From Schmidtea polychroa (Eukaryota), in the NCBI GenBank assembly GCA_044892525.1, contig CM097885.1, positions 184,512,001 to 184,576,000 of the forward strand: 64,000 nt of DNA, in the 5' to 3' direction. Shown piece after piece: positions 51,401 through 64,000 of this stretch. A program made the translations under genes and the position numbers. A model generated the notes under the pieces. The model searched no databases. It had not been told where the DNA came from and worked only from the letters and a program-made list of their open reading frames with translations. Every line of letters begins with the position of its first letter. The stretch's first letter is position 1.

Positions 51401-53680
51401 AACGTGTGAATAATCTTTTAATTGAAAAATAAATATTTAAATCATATTTCTTGTTTATTTATACCTACGCGCATAAATTATTTACGTGGAGTCAGATAGA
51501 ACATTTTTGTGTTAGTTCGAAGACATACCCATCGAACCTAACAGGTTTTTGAAATGCCTGTTAGAAAATTGTGAATTTGAGAATTGATGCTGTTGACACT
51601 TGAATTCTTTGGAGCAAGAATGGCTCTTCGCACAACCACTCAGGATTTTTAAACTGGTCTTGGATGTTTGGAAAAACTGCAAGTTTCAACTCTTCAAGTG
51701 ACTTTACTACAGTGCAAAAATCTGTTTTAAATATATCACAAAAAGCAAGTGGATTAGAAACAGAGCATGTTGTCAGCAAAAATGAAAACAAATGTCTCAA
51801 ACGGGTAGATGATTGAGATGTACATGTCTCCTCCATGGTCCAGACCCAATGGTGATCGTTTTCTAGTGGACCTTGCATTTGGCAGGCTTCCCTAAATGTA
51901 GCACACACATGACCATCAACAATTTTTAAGTCAGTGTAGGATGTTGGTCCTCTAACAACAAGAAGTAGCATCCTCAAAAAGAAGCATTCCGCATTGGATG
52001 GGTGAACAGTGTACACACGTCCCAATGCATTATATCATCTATTCTCAAACCATGGGTCGCGAGGATAGATAACCACACATAGATAAGCTAGTCAGCAATA
52101 TGCAAGCTCACTCATCTCATTAATATGCTAAATTTATTCGAGAATGCAACTGTGTTTTTTAAATTTATTCTTTTATTTCGGATAATTAAATGTAATAATT
52201 ATCTTTAAGAATTAAGGGTTTGTTAGCAAAATTTTAAAAGAATTAAAATACGTTTAATGGGAAAATATTTTAGTCGGAGTTGGTAAATATAAAGTTGATT
52301 GCAAAAGAAGGAAAAAATTTTGTATTGGGTCGCCAAGTTTCTGGTTTCTGGCTAGTGGGTCCCTATTTAAAACAGTTTGAGGACCCCTACATTAGATGAC
52401 TTTATCCCTGGATGATATTCAACATCTGCTCCTTGTTTGCGGCGTTGAAACAATTTTTGAGAAGCATTCCAAGTAAAGTACCTTGAAACTGCACAATAGA
52501 GAATGGTTTTTGCAAAGTCATCTTGTTGGCACAGTTGAAAAATAGCTGTCAAAGTTATTCTTGGTGGCTCCAGAATTTGCTGATGGATATTTTCTTGGTT
52601 GAAGTATGCTCTTTGCACATTTTTAAGATGAACACTTAAACAAACAATTGTTGGATATGATTCACGAATTTGGAAATTCAAAATTCTCCAGGCTGCTTCA
52701 TTATTGCTGATGTAACGACCTTTAGAAATTTTTTCACCTCATCTGGGTTCTCTTGGTTTCCTTCAAGACCAAAAACTGCCTGGTCACTTCCTTTATTGAC
52801 ATACTTGCAGATGTATTTGATAACCTTGACAGATTGGCATGATTCGACATTGATGTGAGCTTGAAACTTTTTTTGTCAAAATTGCAGTGTTTACGGCGTC
52901 TGTACACATGATAGCCATCTTCACCAGTTTTAGTTTCTTGTATCAAATTTCTTGGATATTATTTGAGCATTTTCCATCAACCATACAAGCAGAGTTTCTG
53001 TTCAAATATCCACAGAGTCCATGCAGCATATTAATATTAAATTAATATTAAATATTTAAAATCAAAATTAGAATGATTTTATATTACAAACAAAATTTTG
53101 TATTGAAAATGTATAAAAATGGAATAAATATATGGTTAGGGTACCCTAGGGGTGGTCACCTGGGGTTGAAACATAGCCTATGACCTGTCCGGAGTCAAAT
53201 GAGAGTCACATGTAAAATTTCAGCACTCTAGGTCCAACGGTGGGAAATTCTATAGAAAACAAACAAACAAACTTTCATCATTATTTATCAGATTATTAAT
53301 GTTTTTATTGTTTATTATTACTATTAATAAAATTTTAATTAATAAAAACATTTTTTACTTTTTAGGAGTTATTTTGAGTATAAGTCCACAACTTGGAAGA
53401 CAATGTGGTGACACTTACAATGTAAGAATTCCAAGATTTACAACTCATGTTTTAATTCAATAAGTGTTTAAAATAAAATAAAAATAATAAATTGATACGC
53501 GAAAGCAGTTGCACAAGAAATAAATCTTAAAGCAAAAAACAAAAATATCGTCGAAGACGCAAAATATTAGCTTATCCAAAGTGATATAAATTGATATAAA
53601 AAGCGATCGCTCAAACAAGCAGGAAAGAAAAAATAAGAAAATAAAAGCAGAAAATCAACAATTAAAACAAAAAATAAAGA

Positions 53681-54710
53681 TCAAATTAATTGGAATGTAT
53701 CTCGGGTGTGTATTGGAGGGTGTATCTCGGCCAGTTCTATAGCCGTTGGCCGGATGGCTGCCGCGACGTGTTCGTCGATGGCCTGTTGATTTAATTTGGT
53801 CTCCATGGCCCGCATCTGTAGTTTCAGGGCTCGTATTTCGGTCTTATCTTGGGGGTTCTGGAGCTGCAGATGCTCAATCTGTTTCAGGTACTTGTGCGCC
53901 ACCTCGGGGCGAATCCAAGTCTGCTCCATGTTCAGGCTACGTTCTTTGAACTTATTGACGCTGGCTTGGAGTCGCTCAGCCTGCTGCTGCGCCTGCTCCC
54001 TGTCCTTCCGGAGGCCTTTAAATAGCTTATACACGAAAATGAAACTGTAATCAACCGATTTTTACCATATTTTATTTCGTTATTAATTGTAGGCATCTTT
54101 GAGACAAAACCTTTGTAACAATATCCGAGGTACTACGCCCCATATGAGAGCGGTTGAACCTTAAGGTTCCATTAGAGAATTATAATTTTACGACAAAGTC
54201 ATTTATTGAAGTCATAGCAACCAGATTAATATAACTTTAAAAACAAGACGTTTATTTAAATAATATATCAGTCAGGGTTCGCGAAAATCACTAAAAATCA
54301 AAGCAGAATGAGAACCAATTCCCTGAGATCGTCGAGATTTCAGCTTCGGGGGGCCTTCTTCGGGATCGGCCCCGTTTCTTCTTTGGCTTCGACTCCACTT
54401 CTGCCTCCTCTATTGGTCGGCCGGCTCCGACGGCACGGATCTGAGCCTCAATCAGGCGAAGATCATATTGTGCCCTGGCGATGGCACCCATGGTGCGATC
54501 TCGGGCGTCGACGAGCCAATTGTTGTCCGGCTCGGTCTTCACCCACACCGGGGCACTAGCCTCGGGGTCTTCCCAGATCACCCGATCCGAACAATCCAGG
54601 TCCCGTCCCTGGCTCCATCGATGTATGTGGTGCCAAATATGCCTGGAGTGGAGGCGCGTATTCGTTACGTCACATCTGTCTTCTTCGCTTTGCTCATTGG
54701 AGTTCGACAT
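53681..54710 (-). CDS. Putative two-exon orphan gene (about 252 aa; basic NLS-like stretch + coiled coil)
   Basis: Exons 54316-54710 and 53681-54044 join in phase across a GT..AG intron 54045-54315; GC-richer than flanks; KPKKKRGRSRRR; no recognised homolog. Confidence 0.4.
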
Positions 54711-57700
54711 TCTAAATTGTTATTACATAGATAAATACTTTTTCCAATTCCGGCGATCGCCTTTTTTAATCATGACCTTTTATCTCATACATAATTTTTA
54801 TTTCTTAAAATACTGAGACTGTCTTACAATTGTATGGTACCACTACATTGACAACAAATTAAAGATGGTATTTTTTTGTAGACCAAAACCTATTGAAAAT
54901 TGAAATCCTACTGCCTAATTAACTTGAGCATTTAAAATCATGCAGTAATTGGTAACCCTAAGATTGTAATAATATAGAAAAACGAACTACTAAATACTAA
55001 TTAAAATTCATGTTTTCGACAGTAAATCTATAAAATTAAATTATGTATTTTTTATAAATTTTTAATGTTTCTTTTAATTTGGAATGGAAAAATATTTTTT
55101 ACAAAAAAAAAATAAGACTTTAAGATGATTTATAAAAGTATAGTTATTTCAACTATACTATTTCCATTATTGTCAAGAACAATTCTACGCCAAAAAAAAC
55201 AATTAATTATTAATTTAGAATTTTTCCTGATCTTGATGACATAGATACTTTTGTTTTAAGTAGGTGAGGGATAAATGAATTTTTCTTAACTGTTTATTTT
55301 GCGAGGAAAGATTCCCAAGTTCGAAAATGATTTCCTTGTCTAGGGATTTTACTATTAATTGTTGGATGGGATTTGATTTTTATTTTTAATTTCAGTATTC
55401 CAATTGTTTGTAGATTCCTGTCAAGTCTAGCTCAACGAAATTTATCGGAAAATCATTCGGCAATCGAGGCTACTAAAGGCACGTCCAGATCTGTTAATTG
55501 CAATTCAACTTTGAGACCCACATTCATCAATCGAGATGGAAATTATCTATTTGATGATTCTAGGAAAGTACAAGTTCCTAAAAACCTTCCTATTGCACTT
55601 AGCAGAAGTTCGCGTATGTTTTGCTCATTTAAGCTCCGCTGCTTACTTTATGAATGCGTAACTCCTTATGCCACTATTCGAGTCGGCGACAACAGGAACC
55701 ATACAAGAAAATTCATGTAGTCTGAAGTAAACAATTCTAGCCATCGCAATGGGATCTTTCTTCATCAATCGGAATATACATCGCAATGGCACCTTGGAAT
55801 TTACTTTATCGAAGCTTGGAAAGCAGATTTTCAAATAAATAAAAGTTTCAGTTGTTTGATGTTAATGAATCCCAGAGCATTGTTAAGATTTTCAAGGACA
55901 AACTCACGAACTATTCGAAAACTCTAGCCGATAATCGAAATCAAATTGTAGAAACTTCTAGCCACCTATCACTCGAGGAATATTTTATTTTTCGACAGAA
56001 GGATAATCAAGAATTCAAGTAAAATTTTTATCTATTGGAAGATTTTTAGTAATTTAAAATGTTGAAAGTAACTGTAATTTGTTAGAAAATTAAATATTTC
56101 AATATGATAGTGTTTCCTTACTTACCCATTATTTGTAGTAAATTATTTTAATCTAGTAAAAGTTTTATGATTATGAATGCAATCATGCTCAGTAACACGT
56201 ATGATTTAGATATAAATTTCTTTTTGGTTTGCATATTATTTCGAAGGTGATGTGGAAATGAAATCATAATTTTCTTGTATTTTCCGCGAAGCTGAGGTTC
56301 AGCTGGTCACAGCTCGAGGGACACTAGTTGTTCCTCTTGCCAGAAGGCCAGGGGTTGCATCAGCGGCGCAGTGGTTGAAAGCGGGTCATTGTGGGGGTTT
56401 CCTCACTGATCGGTCACCACAGGAGTGAATAGAAACTCGTATCAATCAGTTGGCAAGTGGAAATTTGGTAAACATTTCTTGTGAATGATTCTCGCAATGG
56501 CTGGGATGTCTGACTCGTTCGTCGACGTTATTTCCAATCCGAACACTCTACTGATCGATTATTAGCCGTCGTTGAAACTAGGATCCTTCGTCAGATCATT
56601 ATATCAGAAATCTTAATGCCAGACTCCTGATCTTTTAGACATTCACGTTACCCAATATCACCAAATAGAAAAATTGGCAAATTGCGCTGCCACATGTCTT
56701 TGATCCAGAATTGTCGTTCTAGGAACTGCACTACAGCGAACTTGAGCATTCAGATAGGCTATCTCGATAAATTCGATCTTCAGAAACACCCGAGTAGGGA
56801 AGGTGACCGAATTTTCTCGCCCCAGTAAGAATAAACACTCTTAGCCAGGATGAACGAGTCTCTAATAGGATAAGATCCTGATAATAATTATTTACTACTC
56901 GTATCCGATCAGATGTCGTACTGTTGATATAAACATCATGAAAGTTGACTCTTCTAATTCGCGAGAACAAATAGTTTTTGACATCATTACAACCCGATAG
57001 TAGGCTTTTTGAAACATGGTGGGAATTCACCTTCAAAATTCGATACATCAGATTAATACCTACAGGCAGGGTTGCCTACAGAATAATTTCGGTCACTGAG
57101 AACTGATAGCTGTATTTTAGCACGATCTACCAGCAGAGATAACCAAATCCCCGAACTTGCATCAGACAGATAGTCACAGAAGCGCCGAATACCGACTATA
57201 ACTCAGATAATGACATCCGTCAGATAATACGGCCTGCGTAGTTCAATACTTCTGTCAGGATAACAAATATGACTACACATAATTAGACGGGTGAGATAAT
57301 AATTCGAGTAGCCACACTGAATTTATGGTTAACCAATGCGATTGATAAACTGGCGGCCAGTTCCCACAATGAAATTTTCACGATCAAGTTAAATCTCACT
57401 ATACACACGAGATAAAATCGTACAATCATATTTAATTAAATTGCTAATTTAACCTAAATCGCCTCCCAGCAAACAACAGGGACCCACTTAAGAAATCTAG
57501 ATACTCCAATATCCTGTCGGCAGGGTTCTTTTCAGGTGCTACTAATTTCATAAACTCAATTGATCAGTTATTTGTGCGGGATTCGTGAAATAAAATAAAA
57601 TAAATAAAATAAATGGAAATTCTCTTCATTTGCTAAACGAAACCGAACCCCGATTTTTCTCTAGCGTGATGTATGGGGAATTGACTGATTGTTGTTTAAG

Positions 57701-57940
57701 TTTATGATTTGTGGTATTAGTTAGGGTAATAATTACGACGAGTTATTGGTGTTGCCCTGAATGTTGTAATGTTATGCCTCTAATATTAATTTTTACAATC
57801 ACGATTATTCTTCGTTATTGTCTTTAGTATGATGATCATCGTTATCTCTTTTTCTTTATAACGAATTAAAGGGAGTATGGAGGATGTATTGAGAATTGAG
57901 AAAACTTGACCACAGCATTTAATTTGTTTATCTGTTTAGG

Positions 57941-58663
57941 ATGTCTAAAACTCCCATACCAACCACTGTCTTACGCCCGTGCTTCTCTTGTGCGGACAAG
58001 AACCTTCTCATAAAAACGCTCCAGACTCAAAATGGTCTTCTCAAGAAGAAGGCTGACCACCTGGAAGGGGCGTACTTTTCTCCCGCGCAGATGAAAGAGG
58101 TGAGAACGAGGCTTACCAGGGCAGAAAGATGTCGTAACGAATTGGTCGAGGAGAGCCGTGCTTTACGAGCTCTGATCAAGGAACAATCTGTGGCGCTGCA
58201 CCAGGTCTACGTGCAGACGTCGGTTACGAAAAGGATAGTAGATATTCCAATTTCGGACGAGGACAATCTATTTCCGTCCCATCACCTTCAACTAAAAGCC
58301 ATCGCAACGTCCACCGATCAGGCTAGTGTCACTAGTTCAGTTGCCCCAAGACTAACAACCTCCTCGGACCCCGTTTACCTGGGCACGAGTCGAGCTGCAC
58401 CAAGAGTGGTAGACCTAGTAACCCCGGTCACTCTCCCGGAGGCAAAGAAAGTCACCAAACGCCGGCAACCTCCTAGAGCCGAGCGCACGAAGAGGAGAAG
58501 GGCCCTCCAGGCCGAAAGAGAAGCGGCCCTGATCGCCGCCGTTCAACTACCAACTCCGATACCTCCGGCGGAATCTACACCTCAGTCTCTCCCTACATTC
58601 AGGGTAGTCCCGCCCACTAGTACAGCCTGGGAAGAAGATGCCTTATTTTTTCGACCTGGATGA
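57941..58663 (+). CDS. Orphan 240-aa ORF (CxxC, coiled coil, Pro/Thr-rich, basic NLS-like tail)
   Basis: Intact ORF in a GC-richer island, preceded by acceptor-like TGTTTAG|G; no recognised homolog. Confidence 0.45.
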   Translation: MSKTPIPTTVLRPCFSCADKNLLIKTLQTQNGLLKKKADHLEGAYFSPAQMKEVRTRLTRAERCRNELVEESRALRALIKEQSVALHQVYVQTSVTKRIVDIPISDEDNLFPSHHLQLKAIATSTDQASVTSSVAPRLTTSSDPVYLGTSRAAPRVVDLVTPVTLPEAKKVTKRRQPPRAERTKRRRALQAEREAALIAAVQLPTPIPPAESTPQSLPTFRVVPPTSTAWEEDALFFRPG

Positions 58664-59279
58664 GTTATTTGCAGGAACTTCTCCAACCACCTTATGATTT
58701 GAACTCTGTAATATCTAAAATGATAATCATGCATGTTCTTTTTTGTCGTATCTTATGAATATATCTTGTTGTCGTTGGTAAATATGTTTTCATGCTGTGG
58801 GGTAATTAATGAACTGATTGTGAGGGTCTGTCTGAGCATTGCATAGGGTTAGACTGGCGAATTGAATGTCGTAGTAGAGATTGGTCAATGACAGGAATGA
58901 TGTATGAGATCTTTGAGTGATGAAAATGACGTCAGTCCTTCTAATGGCCGTCGAGTAACAGTTAAGTCGAGTTTCGATGAGGGAGTAGTCCTAAGGCAGG
59001 GGCTCACCTGCCTCATCGTGGCTCGCCGACATGGCACAGCACCAACATGATGCGAATCATGGGTGTCATGTTCGAAGTGTGATCGTGGGGGTTTTGATTA
59101 CGGGTCCGTTGAAACGATGAAATACTGTGTGTGCATTTAGGACTATCATCCCCTGATAAGTGAAAATGTTTTCTGACTCGACCCAAGACCCAGCAATATA
59201 TATAATTAATATGCAAATAAGTTGTAATTTTGTAAGTAGTATATATCAGTAATATTGAATAGCCAAATATGTGTTGTAA

Positions 59280-59720
59280 AAGGGGGGGGGTAATTTATAA
59301 AATTATAATTTGTAAATTTTATAAGAGGTATATATTTATAAGTAGTATATATAAGCAATATTAAATTAATATTTCTATATAGGGTATTATAGGGGGTTAA
59401 TTCGTAAAATTATAGTTTATACATTTTATAAGTAGGATGTAAGACTGCTATGAATAGTCATATATAAGTAGTTATGGGGGGGGGATGATTAATAAAATTA
59501 TAATCTTTAACTTTTTAAGAAATATATATTTATAGTTAGTATTTATAAGTAATATTAATATAGATTTTTATAAATAAGATATTATAGGGGTAATTTGTAA
59601 AATCATAGGTTATAAATTCTATAAATAGAATATATAAATAACATTATTATGAACAGTATAGATAAGTAGTTATGGGGTAATTTATAAAATTATAACTTAT
59701 ACATTTTATATATCCATATA
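59280..59720. repeat. Degenerate AT-rich tandem array, period about 90-105 bp
   Basis: GGGG(G)TAATTTATAAAATTATA-like unit starts near 59284, 59391, 59478, 59587, 59673. Confidence 0.65.
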
Positions 59721-62700
59721 AGTAATATTAAGGTGCAAGTAGTATATACAAATAATATTAGCATATACCCATAGGACCTAGGGGTGATCTAAAAAATTTT
59801 CTTTGTCCAAATTTATTTGGGAGAGATTTGTAAAGATACATTAATACAATTATAAGATCTAGTTTATCGATTTATGTTCCCAGATAATATATAAGGTATA
59901 ACTTTAAGGTATAAAGTATAACTTTTCATAGGTAAAATCCTTTTGGCACATAAAATATTACACTTTAGCAAAATAGATATAATAAAATTAAAGGTAGCCA
60001 TGATATGATATTTATAGATTTGGAACTTATGAGTAAGGTAACATAACCATATATAATTCTAAGTGCGGTTAGGACTAAAACTGAATATTAAATTGTTATG
60101 TATAATTATGAGGAAGGGTTAAGCATAGAATAGACATAGAATTATCATAGATCATTATAAAAATTATACATCAATTGTTAAATTATCAAGTTAGATATCA
60201 TACTATTATTTTAGCGTTGATGAACATTATCTTTAGGTATATTTTAATAAGAGGTTTACTGCTATAAATTTGCTTAATTTTAAAATCGGCAAATTGATTT
60301 TTGGTTAATTGAATGCATCGTGAATTCCTGACTTACGCATTGCATTTCGAATTGTCCCAAACTGTAGTCGTTTTCTTTGCTCAAATTTTCCGCTTACGAC
60401 ATTTAATCCTTCTTTGTGGTTATCCATTCATTATCTCTGAACATTGGAAGTATCATTGCAGTAATTGAAGGTCTATTCCACTTCCCTTTAATTTATAATT
60501 TTCAGTTCGAAATGCATAGGCATAATGGGAATCCGTGTATAATTTGATATTTTTATGATTTAGTTTTAGCCAACTACATTCGTGTTCCATATTTTGATTA
60601 ATTAAGTCTGGAGCTATACTCCGTTTATCATGCCTAGGGTACTGTATTTGTGTTGATTTTAAGTGTGTACGTTATGTGTATTTTATACATGAAAGAGGTC
60701 GATTTAAAGAAAAATTGCTTGCTTTCGGGGCCTCACTGTGGTCCCTACGACAAGCCCTAATGTGTATATACGTCGGTAATATACTACCGTATTATAATAA
60801 CAATAACGAGCTCTGAGAACTCCATCGCCCGGATGTAATTCATCGACGAACCCAGTGGCCTATACCACTGAGTCTGTACGACCTCCGACGACCCCACCAT
60901 TTATAGTATCTACGTGCTTGCCAGTCAGTGGCCTGCAGACGTCAAGGCTGCTTGCACAATGACGTTAGATTTTATAAAATAACAATTTTTATGCGAGACG
61001 GATCAAAATCGATGAAGCCTTCGATTGATGTTGATCCCTCCAAAAAAATTTTTAAAGAAAATACCTTTAATATTATCATATTGATATTACAATTAATCTA
61101 ATCATTTTAATATCAATGCAAAACACATTTAACATAATTAATAAATATGCATGAAATACAACAAACATCCTTACTTTGAAGTTTTCTGATATATAACAAA
61201 AAAATTTTTTGGCATAAAGATTAAGCTTGTGACTAAAATGCGTCGGTATGTATACCTATTTTTGTGTGTGCAAGTACACGTGTATGTATTGATGCATTAA
61301 AACAAACTCGAATTCTTTTTATTCTAGAATTTTCTGTTTTCTTTTTTTTATATTTTTAATGGCAATTTTACTACCATAATTTTTACTTTTAAATTTTAAT
61401 TTTCTAATTATTTTTTGTTAAATTTACCTCCATGATGGATTTGGAACAACTCCAGAACATTCCATATTAATTTTAAATTAATTTTTATTTTATTGATGTT
61501 TTTCTTAATTTCTTTTTAAGAATTTTTATTTTTATTGCTAATTTATTTATTTTGATGAATTTTATTGTTTTATGTGGCTTTCATGATGGTTATCGCCATT
61601 CTTATGAAATGTTCTGGGATTTTCTAGAATTTTTCAATGTTTTACCATCTTTCTAAGCTATTCGAGTCTGTTTTTTGTAATTTTGTTTCTTTGCTATTTT
61701 TGAGTTAGTTTCTTGCACTACTTCTTGCGTTTGTATCATTTTATTTAGTTTCTTTGTTTATATTTTTGTTGTTTTTCTTCTTAATTAATATGGTTTATTT
61801 GGTGTATTTTTCTATTTAACTGCACTTATTGCTATTTGCGTGCTATGTACCTACGCACCTTAGTCAGAATTTAGAGTTTTGGGTCTAGAAATCAGTTCTA
61901 GCCCAACAATAGACTAACAAAAATTTTATTCTTCCATTAAAAGATAAGAAAATACAATCCAAATGATCAAGTGGTCTATGTTATTAAACACATTCCAATC
62001 CATGCCAACTCGTAATCCTTAAGATTTTAACCTGAAACCATGATCCAGCTCAAAGGAAAATCTCAACCTTTTATTTATTATTATCACTATTATCATCAAT
62101 GATATCTTTTTCTATTCTTATTACTATCATTAATTAGTGAAATCATAATAATTATTGCCAGTGGTATTAATTTTTTCATTTTAATAATTATGTTAATAGT
62201 ATCGTCATCGTTGTTATCAACATTATTCATCTGCCTATAGTAATAAACACATAAACACGGCTTAAACACCGTTATCAGTATTCTTTTTGCCGTTATTAAG
62301 ACGGTTATCATCTTTATTATTCTCATCCATTATTATTATTATTTATAGGGTATTCTTTATCACTAATATTATCGTCTATTACTTTTACTATTATTATAAC
62401 TATCATTATTATTATTAGGCTCGTTATCATGGATATTGTTATCGTACCAATTGCTCTTACAGCCCTGTTAATACCAATTTTCGTTTGTGTACTTAGTGGA
62501 GTATCTAAAATGTGTACTGATTCTTTTATTTTAATATTGAGGTTGCCAGAATCTCAACTTGGTATCTTATATAAATAAATAAAATGACACTGGTTAGTAA
62601 ATGTTATTAAATATAACAATTACAAAGATGATTACCTGATAAAACACTAAGATATATTATGTGTGTAAAAGCGTGTGTGTAATTCAATGCGTTTTCTGAG

Positions 62701-64000
62701 TTCAATTTTTATATTTCTGTAGTGGATATCAATTATGAAATTCTTCTTGAGCTAAGAAATTTTTGGGCGAATACAATGAATTTTTGTCAGGTATTTATAC
62801 CAAAATCTGAATATGTTTAAATATTTAAATTGATTTTCCTAAATAAATATTTTATTTAATTGTCTCGGTTTTGAATTCATTTAATGTTAAAATAAAATAA
62901 TTAGAATTATATCCCATATATAAACCAACCTACAAAAAATTTACACTCCATAACACTAACAAATAAAAATAAATTCTACCAATAAATTATTTTCAAAATT
63001 AATCAAACGCAAATCAAATTAACTATTTTTAATTATTTATATTATTTTAGTTGTTGGAGGATATTTAATTTAGTGTTACTAAGATACCAAATGATAAATG
63101 TGATATTTAATTTATGCTACCAAGTCACCAAATATGAAGATAAAAAATAATTAAATATAATAACAAAACGCCAGATTAAAATATAATGCAAATCAGTTAT
63201 CAAGATCCAAATATTATTGTCAACGTCATCAGAGAATTACTAATTTTAGGACACTGATGACGTTAGATGAATGAAAAAAATGAATATTTGGACAAGGACC
63301 ATCAAAGATTTCAAGTGCGTATCTAATCAATTTCGAGGAGAAAGAGGATCACCGGGTCACGTTTATCCTAAATAAATATTATAAGACAGGTCCAAGAAGC
63401 TACCTTTTGAATGTATATGCGGAAGAATGATAATTCATCTCACTCAACTCAACAATATCAAATTACAATTCAATACAACATATTCTGTGAAAGATATTCG
63501 ATATCAACCAAAACAATAATTCGATGTTACATTCTAGAGTCTAGAATCTAGACAATCACTATCTTATTTGTAAATAATATTAACTTTCAGTGTAAATAAA
63601 ATTTTTATTCATGGAGTCTTGACTTTATGCAAATAATATTTTGAAATTAACATTTTTGCTTATATAAACAATATAATATAAGTAATCGGTCAATTATTTT
63701 TTAATAGGAAATAAGTTTTCTTGTTTTAATTAATAAAATTAATGTTGGTAAGGAGTCAGTTGAGACACGAATACAGCAAGAAAAGAGCACAAAGTTAATT
63801 TAAATAGTATTAAACAAATAATCTAAACCAATCAAAATGATTGGAAATTGGAAAATAAAAATTCATCAAAACCAGATCAAATTACACACTAGGATGATTC
63901 TGATTGGTTGAGTTAAACACAAAAAACTATAAAAGCAGTTGTCTCAGAAGACACTTTTCCTTCTTTTCAAACTATTTCAGATAACAAACAAACTTCAGTC

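Larger units (their letters stand above)
36645..51543 (+). mobile_element. 14.9-kb env-bearing Ty3/gypsy-type LTR retrotransposon / endogenous virus (element 2)
   Basis: LTRs 36645-37728 (1084 bp) and 50446-51543 (1098 bp; by eye differing only in (TA)n length), TG..CA ends, 4-bp TSD GGTT, PBS 37732-37749, PPT AGGGGGAAGACA 50434-50445, three long ORFs. Confidence 0.97.
35979..53292 (-). mobile_element. Internally deleted Helitron (Rep/Pif1 helicase remnants), about 2.4 kb net, interrupted by LTR element 2
   Basis: 5' A|TC at 53292, 3' CGTGCAACGCCGGGTACCCCAACTAG|T at 35979; Rep-region peptides DGYHVYRRR, ESYPTIVCLSVHL, GRVYTVHPSNAECFFLRMLL; helicase C-term [40 protein letters not shown]; ISKTYKSID is restored on removing element 2. 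Confidence 0.9.

Noticed and set aside
52320-52356. Second, plus-strand Helitron 3' end (..CTAG|T) inside the Helitron
   Set aside because: No convincing hairpin or matching 5' TC end identified
56355-56440. tRNA gene or SINE head (GGCGCAGTGGTTGAAAGCG)
   Set aside because: A-box-like only; no B box or cloverleaf. At most a decayed SINE
59280-59720. CRISPR-like repeat-spacer array
   Set aside because: Eukaryotic context; units are degenerate along their full length with no unique spacers, i.e. a minisatellite
63222-63263. CTGATGA near GAAA as a hammerhead ribozyme
   Set aside because: It is a simple inverted repeat (AACGTCATCAG/CTGATGACGTT); helices I-III of a hammerhead cannot be built

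Overview
AT-rich eukaryotic (invertebrate) genomic scaffold with seven N-gaps. Very short introns (39-60 nt) and high TE density suggest a flatworm or nematode, but the taxon cannot be fixed from sequence alone. Bases 1-20.3 kb hold a minus-strand ABCC/MRP transporter gene; 21 exons could be built in phase and the gene runs off the left edge. Its long introns contain mariner, Tc1, Penelope, Helitron and MITE debris. Next come an intact 5.6-kb Ty3/gypsy element (21515-27118, minus) with a clear -1 frameshift signal and a hAT MITE in its 3' LTR, and nested hAT remnants (27.4-32.3 kb). The main find is a very young 14.9-kb Ty3/gypsy-type element (36645-51543, plus) inserted into a Helitron. One reading frame of about 3345 codons, broken only by a single TGA, encodes Gag, accessory domains (ubiquitin-like, AT-hook), a chuvirus-like class III fusion glycoprotein placed BETWEEN gag and pol, PR-RT-RH-IN and a second type I membrane protein. 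A separate ORF encodes a catalytically degenerate ISG20/REX4-like exonuclease. The right end (53.6-59.7 kb) has orphan, GC-richer ORFs and a degenerate tandem array. All homology calls are by eye from motifs; no database searches were run.
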